Of a stretch of DNA of 64,000 bases, positions 51,956 to 64,000 are shown one piece after another. The notes beneath the pieces are model-generated. The model was not told the origin of the DNA, did not search any database, and saw only the letters and a program-made list of their open reading frames with translations. The DNA comes from Eledone cirrhosa. Taxonomy: Eukaryota. How positions within the stretch are numbered: position 1 is the stretch's first letter; each line of letters opens with the position of its first letter. Location of the stretch: positions 229,896,001 to 229,960,000 of the forward strand of contig OZ024743.1 of the NCBI GenBank assembly GCA_964016885.1. Reading direction: 5' to 3'. The position numbers and the translations under genes were made by a program.

Positions 51956-52388
51956 ACTTTGAATAAATAATTGTTTCTACTTTTGGCGCAAGGCCAGCAA
52001 TTACCCAGTACATTACTGGTACTTTATTTTATCGACCCCGTAAGGATGAAAGGCAAAGTTAACATCGGCGGGTTTTGAACTCAGACCGTTTACTTTGAAT
52101 AAATAATTGTGTCTACTTTAGGCACAAGGCCAGCAATAACCCAGTGTATTACTGGTACATTATTTTATCGAACCCGTAAGGATGAAAGGCAAAGTCAACC
52201 TCGGCGGGATTTGAACTCAGATCGCAAAGGGACGTAACTATGCTGGAGAGCATGGCGTCCGACCCTCTTACGATACCGCCAATCTACACCCTTACTTTGA
52301 ATAAATAATTGTTTCTACTTTAAGCACAAGGCCAGCAATTACCCAGTGCATTACTGGTACTTTATTTTATCGACCCCGTAAGGATGAA
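51956..52388 (-). mobile_element. Three head-to-tail SINE copies
   Basis: Each begins with ACTTTGAATAAATAATTGT on the plus strand (about 51957, 52092, 52295). Confidence 0.85.
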
Positions 52389-53039
52389 TATTAGATAATT
52401 TATGTACTAAATTTCATACTAAATTTCGTAACTAAATTTCGTTAACATAAATAATTTAAAATTGACTTCTTTTCAAAATTTCAAATTTCTACACTTCCGG
52501 TATATCATCGCCACCACCACCACTTCAACTACCATATATATAGAAAGAGAGAGTGTGTGATGAGAGAGATAGAGAGATTATAATTTTCTACACGCTGACG
52601 CGTATGAGTGTGTACATGCATACATCTACATGTATGCGTATATAACTATTATGAGTATATAACTATCATCGCGCAAACACAAACTTATAAAAATACACGG
52701 ACATACATTCACACAAATAACATACATTGACACAAATACACATACATTCACACAAATACACATACTTTCACACAAACATACATACATTCACACATATACA
52801 TTTACACAAACACACACATACAGTCATGATAGCAGCGTTCGGTGAAATGGAAATGGGAGGGTAAAACAAGTATAACGTTTTATTTATTAACTCTTTATTT
52901 ATTTATTAACTCTTTTTTTTAAAACTCATTTAATATAACTAGCAGAAAAACCGCCCTTCAGCCGGCTTTCTGCTAGCGTATGTAGTGTATTATACTCAAA
53001 TATATATATATGTAAATTGAAAAATAAATTGACAATATC

Positions 53040-53935
53040 TTCTTCTTCGCTCACTTATTTCTGAGAGGGTCGGGGGGGGGGGGGCATAGTCCTTCTCAAA
53101 TACTCCTTTCAGCGAGTCAGAAGCAACCATCTCTAACTGATCCAGCTGGATCCCAAAGCGTGACCATGACAAGCTCATGGATGTTATCCAACTATCTTGC
53201 TCAGGGTCCACCTCTGGGTCCCTTGACGGTTGCTTTTGCCTGTAAAATGTGTCCACAGATTCTTTACTGAGACATTCTAACCACACGCTCATATTATCGC
53301 AGCTGTGATCTCTCAATTCGGAGAAGTAGCGGCTCTACCAAGAGTGACTCTCTGGTCTCTGAGCTATGCACTTTATCGAGAAACGTTACTCCAAAGACCC
53401 TTCGGAGGAATCCCATTTCTGCCGCTTTTATTTACAATTGTATTCTTTTGGTCATTACTCAAGATTCACGATCCTCAGTAAGAGTTGGCAGCGAGTCTGG
53501 TATTTACCCCCTTCTTCTGATTACTGAATGCTGAGGCTGGCGCATTACTGCATCAGCTTTTTCAATTCTTGCACTTAATTCAGTCTCCTGCATTCCACCA
53601 CTCATCAACACGGCTCCAAGATACTTGAACTTTACTAACTGCTTCAGTAGACCTCCATTCACATGTATATAAATTTGAGGCATTTCTGTCCACCCGTCCA
53701 TCACACAATGCGTTTGTTGTTTGTCTCCCTAAGCAGATTGTATAAGAGGTTTGTATCATGTTTATCTGAGGCTTTCTGGATTTCATCAGTCTTTTTTCTC
53801 CACAAGATATCCTGCATGGCTCTCAATTGATGTTGCACACGAACGTTGATCTGCTTGAAGGTATGGTCACTCCTGCCAGAACGTGTCTCACACAACAATG
53901 ATGACAGCACTTTTTGTTTCTCTTCGAGCAAGGTC
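53040..53935 (-). mobile_element. Decayed RTE-clade fragments
   Basis: VKFKYLGAVL..ELSARIEKA and QLRAMQDILWRKKTDEIQKASDKHD. Confidence 0.65.
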
Positions 53936-56081
53936 TATACATACAAACATGCATTACATTAAATTGCATTACATACATAAGCGAGTATGGCTGAATGATT
54001 AAGAAATTTGCTTTCCAATAATTATGTCCTGGATTCGATCAAGTGTCATCAACTATAACTTTGGGCTGATCTCAGCCATGAGAGTGATATCGGGTTGACG
54101 GAAATGATCGTTGGATGAACTATACTTGTAAATCAAACTTCTCACGCCGATTCTCCGTGAGAGATACGTTAATGGTCGATGTGCTTGTGGAATGCTTAGT
54201 AACGTACGGGTTTATTTCATGAGCAACTGTTCTGTCGATTGCACCACTTGATTGTTTATCTTCGAAACATCCAAAATTCCATTATTTTCCCTCTTCCCTT
54301 TTACCTTGATTTATCTCATCCCTACATGTAACCATAGGCTCGGCAATCAGTTTAGAAACTTTTCAGATGAATAGTACCTGTAATTCAAAATCAAATACGT
54401 GCTGCGCAGAGTGTACCACTGAAGTTGTCAGAGAATTTCGTTAATACTACACGTGTTTGTGGGATTCTCGTTCAATTAAACGTTAATTTACGAGCAATTT
54501 GCTCAAACAACGGAAACAATTATCGTCGAAACAGACTGAAGTCCAACATATGTATACTTATGCGAATGTGTGTGGGTGCGTAAATGAGAAGTAACATTCC
54601 ATACTAACTTATACATTCACACACATAAACCGACAATCATACACCATCGTACACATATCTTGACCATTGCTAATATATTGCTGTGTATTAGTTCCTTAAT
54701 GAAAAATAACTGAAACAAAAAGACACTTGTATGGGTTCATTTAGTGTTTCACCCATCTTTACTCAGGGGGAATTTCAAAAGTAAAAGAAAAGTAAACAGA
54801 ATCAATCACCTTGTCTGCAGGCATACATAGCATTTGTAGGCATGCATGTATGCATGTGAATATATATATACGTATATGCATATAGTTTAGCATGCGTCAG
54901 TGTGAACTACTATGAATACGAGTATATAAATATCTATGTGTGTGTGAGTGTACATATTGACGCACACATGAACTGGAACATAATAAGAGCCGTTGAGGGC
55001 GCAGTATTCATCTTCAAAAGAACGAAGATATATGTGTTTGCAGAGTATAGGTTTTGAGTATGGAGTAAATGGATATTTCACCTAAATAACAGACATGCAC
55101 TTTTTTGTGATCAACGAAGTACGCCATATTGAGGTGCATGTTTGGGAAGCCAACACGCATGATAAATAACATGTAGTATATTGTGGAAATTGTAGCTGGC
55201 TTGGTTTGATTCCTCCAATTTGCGCATATTGTGGCAATATGCAAGACCGCTCTATGTGTCGTTGCATAACCACACATAGTGGGGTTATGCTACTGAACCC
55301 ACCATTACCACAACAACCATTATTATATTAATAAATACCATCGTCATGACTAATACTGGCACCACATTTACCATCGTGATTTTCATCATCATTTGTGCTG
55401 TATTTGATGCACTAAATCAACGTTTTACTCACATCAATGCAATGAGAATTAACACTAAGTTACACTCTACTGCATCGCACAAGGACGATGCACGGTCTTA
55501 AACAATGGAATAGTGTTAATGACAGGATGATGTAGGTATATTTGTAGCAAGTATTTGATTCCTAAATTGGTATTCCCATATCAGCCTAGATTCAATGATT
55601 TATGATGAAAGATATTACAGCCATGAACTTCTAGCCTTTGGTTTTTAGGCATCGTAGAACAAGATACTCATATATTCAATGTACAATCATATCTCTTTAC
55701 GATTTCATTTGACGAAGTTAAGGCTGATATTTCTAGCATGTCCACAGATCATGTAGAAGCTCTCTTCTTTTTCCGTATTGTTGTTGATGACGATGGTGAT
55801 AATAGTGACGTTGATGATGATGATGATTGTGATAATCACAATGGTATATGTGGTGAGTGTTAGTCATGCCGATGATGATTACTAGAATATTTGTTTCTAC
55901 TTTTGGCCATTATCCCAGTGCATTATTGGTACTTTATTTTATCGACCCCGTAAGGATGAAAGGCAAACTTAACCTCGGCGGGATTTGAACTCTGAATGGC
56001 AAGTACCGTAATTCTATGCGTCAAAGCATGGCGTCCGAACATCTACAGAAACTGCCAATCTACCGCCATATTACTATAATA

Positions 56082-59000
56082 ATGATGGTGGTTGTGGTAA
56101 TGCTGGTTGTGGTAATGGTGTTTGTGGTAATGGTGGTTGTGGTATTGGTGGTCGTGGTAATGGTGGTTGTGGTATTGGTGGTTGTGGTTGTGGTAATGGT
56201 GGTTGTGGTAATGGTGGTTGTGGTAATGTTGGTTGTGGTATTGGTGGTTGTCGTATTGGTGGTTGTGGTAATGGTGGCTGTGGTATTGGTAGTTGTGGTT
56301 GTGGTAATGGTGGTTGTGGTATTGCTGGTTGTGGTAATGGTGGTTGTGGTATTGGTGGTTGTGGTTGTGGTAATGGTGGTTGTGGTAATGGTGGTTGTGG
56401 TAATGGTGGTTGTGGTATTGGTAGTTGTGGTAATGGTGGTTGTGGTATTGGTGGTTGTGGTTATGGTGGTTGTGGTATTGGTAGTTGTGGTAATGGTGGT
56501 TGTGGTAATGGTGGTTGTGGTAATGGTGGTTGTGGTAATGGTGGTTGTGGTAATGGTGGTTGTGGTAATGGTGGTTGTGCTATTGGTAGTTGTGGTAATG
56601 GTGGTTATGGTTGTGGTAATGGTGGTTGTCGTATTGGTGGTCGTGGTAATGGTTGTTGTGGTATTGGTTGTTGTGGTTGTGGTTGTGGTATTGGTGGTTG
56701 TGGTAATGGTGGTGTGGTATTGGTGGTTGTGGTAATGGTGGTTGTGGTATTGGTGGTTGTGGTAATGGTGGTTGTGGTAATGGTGGTTATGGTTGTGGTA
56801 ATGGTGGTTGTGGTAATGGTGGTTGTTGTATTGGTGGTTGTGGTAATGGTGGTTGTGGTAATGGTGGTTATGGTTGTGGTAATGGTGGTTGTGGTAATGG
56901 TGGTTATCGTATTGGTGGTTGTGGTAATGGTGGTTGTGGTAATGGTGGTTGTGGTAATGGTGGTTGTGGTAATGGTTTTTGTGGTAATGGTGGTTGTGGT
57001 AATGGTGGTTGTGGTAATGGTGGTTGTGGTAATGGTGGTTGTGGTATTGGTGGTTGTGGTAATGGTGATTGTGGTATTGGTGGTTGTGGTAATGGTGGTT
57101 GTGGTATTGGTGGTTGTGGTAATGGTGGTTGTGGTGATGGTGGTTGTGGTAATGGTGGTTGTGGTATTGGTGGTTGTGGTATTGGTGGTTGTGGTAATGG
57201 TGGTTGTGCTAATGGTGGTTGTGGTACTGGTGGTTGTGGTAATGGTGGTTGTGGTATTGGTGGTTGTGGTAATGGTGGTGTGGTAATGGTGGTTGTGGTA
57301 TTGGTGATTGTGGTAATGGTGATTGTGGTATTGGTGGTTGTGGTAATGGTGGTTGTCGTAGTGGTGGTTGTGGTAATGGTGGTTGTGGTAATGGTGGTTG
57401 TGGTAATGGTAGTTGTGGTATTGGTGGTTGTGGCAATGGTGGTTGTGGTAATGGTGGTTGTAGTAATGGTGGTTGTGGTATTGGTGGTTGTGGTAATGGT
57501 GGTTGTGGTATTGGTGGTTGTGGTATTGGTGGTTGTGGTAATGGTGGTTGTAGTAATGGTGGTTGTGGTATTGGTGGTTGTGGTAATGGTGTTTGTGGTT
57601 GTGGTGATGGTGGTTGTGGTAATGGTGGTTGTGGTATTGGTGGTTGTGGTATTGGTGGTTGTGGTAATGGTGGTTGTGGTAATGGTGGTTGTGGTATTGG
57701 TGGTTGTGGTATTGGTGGTTGTGGTATTGGTGGTTGTGGTAATGGTGGTGTGGTAATGGTGGTTGTGGTATTGGTGGTTGTGGTAATGGTGATTGTGGTA
57801 TTGGTGTTTGTGGTAATGGTGGTTGTCGTATTGGTGGTTGTGGTAATGGTGGTTGTGGTAATGGTGGTTGTGGTAATGGTATTTGTGGTATTGGTGGTTG
57901 TGGTAATGGTGGTTGTGGTAATGGTGGTTGTAGTAATGGTGGTTGTGGTATTGGTGGTTGTGGTAATGGTGTTTGTGGTTGTGGTAATGGTGGTTGTGGT
58001 AATGGTGGTTGTGGTAATGGTTTTTGTGGTAATGGTGGTTTTGGTAATGGTGGTTGTGGTATTGGTGGTTGTGGTAATGGTGGTGTGGTAATGGTGTTGT
58101 GGTAATGGTGGTTGTGGTATTGGTGGTTGTGGTAATGGTGGTTGTGGTATTTTGTGGTTGTGGTAATGGTGGTGTGGTAATGGTGGTGTGGTAATGGTGG
58201 TTGTGGTACTGGTGGTTGTGGTAATGGTGGTTGTGGTAATGATGGTTGTGGTAATGGTGGTTGTGGTAATGATGTTTGTAGTAATGGTGTTGGTTATGTT
58301 TGTGGTATTGGTGGTTATTGTTGTGGTATTGGTGGTTGTGGTACTGCTGTTTGTGCTAATGGGGGTTATGTTTGTGGTAATGATAGTTATGGTTGTGGCA
58401 ATGGTGGTAGGTGGTAATTGTGGTTTTGGAAATGGTGGTTATGGTTGTGGTAATTGTAGTTATGGTTGTAGTAATGGTGGTTATGGTTGTGGTAATGCTG
58501 GTTGTGCTAATGGTGGTTATGGTTGTGGTAATGGTGGTTATGGTTGTAGTAATGGTGGTTATGGTTGTGGTAATTGTGGTTGTGGTAATGGTGGTTATGG
58601 TTGTGGTAATGGTGGTTATGGTTGTGGTAATGGTGGTTATGGATGTGGTAATGGTGGCTGGTTGTAATTGTGGTTGTGGTAATGGTGGTTATCGTTGTGG
58701 TAATGGTGGTTGTGCTAACGGCGGTTGTGGTAATGGTGGTTGTGTTAATGGTGGTTGTGGTAATGGTGTTTGTGGTAATGGTGGTTGTGGTAATGGTGGT
58801 TGTGGTAATGGTAGTTGTGATAATGGTGGCTGTGGTAATGGTGGTGGTGGTGGTAATGGTGTTTGTGGTAATGGTGGTTGTGCTAATGGTGGTTGTGGTA
58901 ATGGTGGTGTGGTAATGGTGGTTGTGGTATTGGTGGTTGTGGTAATGGTGATTGTGGTATTGGTGGTTGTGGTAATGGTGGTTGTCGTATTGGTGGTTGT

Positions 59001-62000
59001 GGTAATGGTGGTTGTGGTAATGGTGGTTGTGGTAATGGTAGTTGTGGTATTGGTGGTTGTGGTAATGGTGGTTGTGGTAATGGTGGTTGTAGTAATGGTG
59101 GTTGTGGTATTGGTGGTTGTGGTAATGGTGTTTGTGGTTGTGGTAATGGTGGTTGTGGTAATGGTGGTTGTGGTAATGGTGGTTGTGGTAATGGTTTTTG
59201 TGTTAATGGTGGTTGTGGTAATGGTGGTTGTGGTAATTGCGGTTGTGGTAATGGTGGTTGTGGTAATGGTGGTTGTGGTATTGGTGGTTGTGGTAATGGT
59301 GGTTGTGGTATTGTTGGTTGTGGTAATGGTGGTGTTGAAATGGTGGTTGTGGTATTGGTGGTTGTGGTAATGGTGATTGTGGTATTGGTGGTTGTGGTAA
59401 TGGTGGTTGTGGTATTGGTGGTTGTGGTAATGGTGGTTGTGGTGATGGTGGTTGTGGTAATGGTGGTTGTGGTATTGGTGGTTGTGGTATTGGTGGTTGT
59501 GGTAATGGTGGTTGTGGTAATGGTGGTTGTGGTATTGGTGGTTGTGATAATGGTGGTTGTGGTTGTGGTAATGGTTGTTGTGGTAATGGTGGTTGTGGTA
59601 ATGGAGGTTGTGGTATTGGTGGTTGTGGTAATGGTGATTGTGGTATTGGTGGTTGTGGTAATGGTGGTTGTGGTATTGGTGGTTGTGGTAATGGTGGTTG
59701 TGGTAATGGTGGTTGTGGTAATGGTAGTTGTGGTATTGGTGGTTGTGGTATTGGTGGTTGTGGTAATGGTGGTTGTGGTAATGGTGGTTGTGGTATTGGT
59801 GGTTGCGGTAATGGTGGGTGTGGTAATGGTGGTTGTGGTACTGGTGGTTGTCGTATTGGTGGTTGTGGTAATGGTGGTTGTGGTAATGGTGGTTGTGGTA
59901 ATGGTAGTTGTGGTATTGGTGGTTGTGGTAATGGTGGTTGTGGTAATGGTGGTTGTAGTAATGGTGGTTGTGGTATTGGTGGTTGTGGTAATGGTGTTTG
60001 TGGTTGTGGTAATGGTGGTTGTGGTAATGGTGGTTGTGGTAATGGTGGTTGTGGTAATGGTTTTTGTGGTAATGGTGGTTTTGGTAATGGTGGTTGTGGT
60101 ATTGGTGGTTGTGGTAATGGTGGTGTGGTAATGGTGGTGTGGTAATGGTGGTTGTGGTATTGGTGGTTGTGGTAATGGTGGTTGTGGTATTTTGTGGTTG
60201 TGGTAATGGTGGTGTGGTAATGGTGGTGTGGTAATGGTGGTTGTGGTACTGGTGGTTGTGGTAATGGTGGTTGTGGTAATGATGGTTGTGGTAATGGTGG
60301 TTGTGGTAATGATGTTTGTAGTAATGGTGTTGGTTATGTTTGTGGTATTGGTGGTTATTGTTGTGGTATTGGTGGTTGTGGTACTGCTGTTTGTGCTAAT
60401 GGGGGTTATGTTTGTGGTAATGATAGTTATGGTTGTGGCAATGGTGGTAGGTGGTAATTGTGGTTTTGGAAATGGTGGTTATGGTTGTGGTAATTGTAGT
60501 TATGGTTGTAGTAATGGTGGTTATGGTTGTGGTAATGCTGGTTGTGGTAATGGTGGTTATGGTTGTGGTAATGGTGGTTATGGTTGTAGTAATGGTGGTT
60601 ATGGTTGTGGTAATTGTGGTTGTGGTAATGGTGGTTATGGTTGTGGTAATGGTGGTTATGGTTGTGGTAATGGTGGTTATGGATGTGGTAATGGTGGCTG
60701 GTTGTAATTGTGGTTGTGGTAATGGTGGTTATCGTTGTGGTAATGGTGGTTGTGCTAACGGCGGTTGTGGTAATGGTGGTTGTGTTAATGGTGGTTGTGG
60801 TAATGGTGTTTGTGGTAATGGTGGTTGTGGTAATGGTGGTTGTGGTAATGGTAGTTGTGATAATGGTGGCTGTGGTAATGGTGGTGGTGGTGGTAATGGT
60901 GTTTGTGGTAATGGTGGTTGTGCTAATGGTGGTTGTGGTAATGGTGGTGTGGTAATGGTGGTTGTGGTATTGGTGGTTGTGGTAATGGTGATTGTGGTAT
61001 TGGTGGTTGTGGTAATGGTGGTTGTCGTATTGGTGGTTGTGGTAATGGTGGTTGTGGTAATGGTGGTTGTGGTAATGGTAGTTGTGGTATTGGTGGTTGT
61101 GGTAATGGTGGTTGTGGTAATGGTGGTTGTAGTAATGGTGGTTGTGGTATTGGTGGTTGTGATAATGGTGTTTGTGGTTGTGGTAATGGTGGTTGTGGTA
61201 ATGGTGGTTGTGGTAATGGTGGTTGTGGTAATGGTTTTTGTGTTAATGGTGGTTGTGGTAATGGTGGTTGTGGTAATTGTGGTTGTGGTAATGGTGGTTG
61301 TGGTAATGGTGGTTGTGGTATTGGTGGTTGTGGTAATGGTGGTTGTGGTATTGTTGGTTGTGGTAATGGTGGTGTTGAAATGGTGGTTGTGGTATTGGTG
61401 GTTGTGGTAATGGTGATTGTGGTATTGGTGGTTGTGGTAATGGTGGTTGTGGTATTGGTGGTTGTGGTAATGGTGGTTGTGGTGATGGTGGTTGTGGTAA
61501 TGGTGGTTGTGGTATTGGTGGTTGTGGTATTGGTGGTTGTGGTAATGGTGGTTGTGGTAATGGTGGTTGTGGTATTGGTGGTTGTGATAATGGTGGTTGT
61601 GGTTGTGGTAATGGTTGTTGTGGTAATGGTGGTTGTGGTAATGGAGGTTGTGGTATTGGTGGTTGTGGTAATGGTGATTGTGGTATTGGTGGTTGTGGTA
61701 ATGGTGGTTGTGGTATTGGTGGTTGTGGTAATGGTGGTTGTGGTAATGGTGGTTGTGGTAATGGTAGTTGTGGTATTGGTGGTTGTGGTATTGGTGGTTG
61801 TGGTAATGGTGGTTGTGGTAATGGTGGTTGTGGTATTGGTGGTTGCGGTAATGGTGGGTGTGGTAATGGTGGTTGTGGTACTGGTGGTTGTCGTATTGGT
61901 GGTTGTGGTAATGGTGGTTGTGGTAATGGTGGTTGTGGTAATGGTAGTTGTGGTATTGGTGGTTGTGGTAATGGTGGTTGTGGTAATGGTGGTTGTAGTA

Positions 62001-64000
62001 ATGGTGGTTGTGGTATTGGTGGTTGTGGTAATGGTGTTTGTGGTTGTGGTAATGGTGGTTGTGGTAATGGTGGTTGTGGTAATGGTGGTTGTGGTAATGG
62101 TTTTTGTGGTAATGGTGGTTTTGGTAATGGTGGTTGTGGTATTGGTGGTTGTGGTAATGGTGGTGTGGTAATGGTGGTGTGGTAATGGTGGTTGTGGTAT
62201 TGGTGGTTGTGGTAATGGTGGTTGTGGTATTTTGTGGTTGTGGTAATGGTGGTGTGGTAATGGTGGTGTGGTAATGGTGGTTGTGGTACTGGTGGTTGTG
62301 GTAATGGTGGTTGTGGTAATGATGGTTGTGGTAATGGTGGTTGTGGTAATGGTAGTTGTGGTATTGGTGGTTGTGGTATTGGTGGTTGTGGTAATGGTGG
62401 TTGTGGTAATGGTGGTTGTGGTATTGGTGGTTGCGGTAATGGTGGGTGTGGTAATGGTGGTTGTGGTACTGGTGGTTGTGGTAATGGTGGTTGTGGTAAT
62501 GATGGTTGTGGTAATGGTGGTTGTGGTAATGATGTTTGTAGTAATAGTGTTGGTTATGTTTGTGGTATTGGTGGTTATTGTTGTGGTATTGGTGGTTGTG
62601 GTACTGCTGTTTGTGCTAATGGGGGTTATGTTTGTGGTAATGATAGTTATGGTTGTGGCAATGGTGGTAGGTGGTAATTGTGGTTTTGGAAATGGTGGTT
62701 ATGGTTGTGGTAATTGTAGTTATGGTTGTAGTAATGTTGGTTATGGTTGTGGTAATGCTGGTTGTGGTAATGGTGGTTATGGTTGTGGTAATGGTGGTTA
62801 TGGTTGTAGTAATGGTGGTTATGGTTGTGGTAATTGTGGTTGTGGTAATGGTGGTTATGGTTGTGGTAATGGTGGTTATGGTTGTGGTAATGGTGGTTAT
62901 GGATGTGGTAATGGTGGCTGGTTGTAATTGTGGTTGTGGTAATGGTGGTTATCGTTGTGGTAATGGTGGTTGTGCTAACGGCGGTTGTGGTAATGGTGGT
63001 TGTGTTAATGGTGGTTGTGGTAATGGTGTTTGTGGTAATGGTGGTTGTGGTAATGGTGGTTGTGGTAATGGTAGTTGTGATAATGGTGGCTGTGGTAATG
63101 GTGGTGGTGGTGGTAATGGTGTTTGTGGTAATGGTGGTTGTGCTAATGGTGGTTGTGGTAATGGTGGTGTGGTAATGGTGTTTGTGGTAATGGTGGTTGT
63201 GGTAATGGTGGTTGTGATAATGGTGGTTGTGATAATGGTGGCTGTGGTAATGGTGGTGTGGTGGTAATGGTGTTTGTGGTAATGGTGGTTGTGGTAATGG
63301 TGGTTGTGGTAATGGTGGTTGTGATAATGGTGGCTGTGGTAATGGTGGTGGTGGTGGTAATGGTGTTTGTGGTAATGGTGGTTGTGGTAATGGTGGTTGT
63401 GGTAATGGTGGTTGTGGTAATGGTGGTTGTGGTATTGGTGGTTGTGGTAATGGTGATTGTGGTATTGGTGGTTGTGGTAATGGTGGTTGTCGTATTGGTG
63501 GTTGTGGTAATGGTGGTTGTGGTAATGGTGGTTGTGGTAATGGTAGTTGTGGTATTGGTGGTTGTGGTAATGGTGGTTGTGGTAATGGTGGTTGTAGTAA
63601 TGGTGGTTGTGGTATTGGTGGTTGTGGTAATGGTGTGTGTGGTTGTGGTAATGGTGGTTGTGGTAATGGTGGTTGTGGTAATGGTGGTTGTGGTAATGGT
63701 TTTTGTGTTAATGGTGGTTGTGGTAATGGTGGTTGTGGTAATTGTGGTTGTGGTAATGGTGGTTGTGGTAATGGTGGTTGTGGTAATGGTGGTTGTGGTA
63801 TTGTTGGTTGTGGTAATGGTGGTGTTGAAATGGTGGTTGTGGTATTGGTGGTTGTGGTAATGGTGATTGTGGTATTGGTGGTTGTGGTAATGGTGGTTGT
63901 GGTATTGGTGGTTGTGGTAATGGTGGTTGTGGTGATGGTGGTTGTGGTAATGGTGGTTGTGGTATTGGTGGTTGTGGTAATGGTGGTTGTGGTAATGGTG
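56082..64000. repeat. 15-bp satellite (GGTAATGGTGGTTGT / GGTATTGGTGGTTGT) with 21-bp variants and a 2040-bp higher-order repeat; continues past the window end
   Basis: Identical variant lines start at 58141, 60181 and 62221; the marker GGTGTTGAAA occurs at 59331, 61371 and 63821. Confidence 0.95.

Noticed and set aside
54887-55277. Short minus-strand ORFs next to an acceptor-like site
   Set aside because: No recognisable homology and no convincing donor site.
56016-63860. Poly-Val/Met ORFs of 80-319 aa
   Set aside because: They are stop-free frames of the 15-bp satellite, broken at recurrent indels, with no unique domain.

Overview
This is AT-rich, microsatellite-dense metazoan DNA. The SINE repertoire suggests an octopod cephalopod, but that is an inference. 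I could not support any host protein-coding gene, and most ORFs in the track are microsatellite read-through. The window is a stack of retroelements: a near-intact RTE LINE (APE+RT, one nonsense codon, 16020-18840), a 5'-truncated RTE with three C2H2 fingers (46008-47825), two decayed R4/Dong-type copies, L1/Tx1 and CR1 remnants, bipartite RTE-derived elements, tRNA-derived SINEs, hAT-type MITEs and a 15-bp satellite with a 2040-bp higher-order repeat (56082 to the end). The main unannotated signal is about ten unrelated families of inverted or tandem repeat elements lying in (TA)n tracts, each carrying a type I hammerhead ribozyme fold identified by eye. One family is physically linked to a Penelope GIY-YIG remnant. 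Several families share non-canonical cores across copies (U4A, U3:A8, C3/A8, G12U). All RNA folds are manual and no cleavage has been tested.
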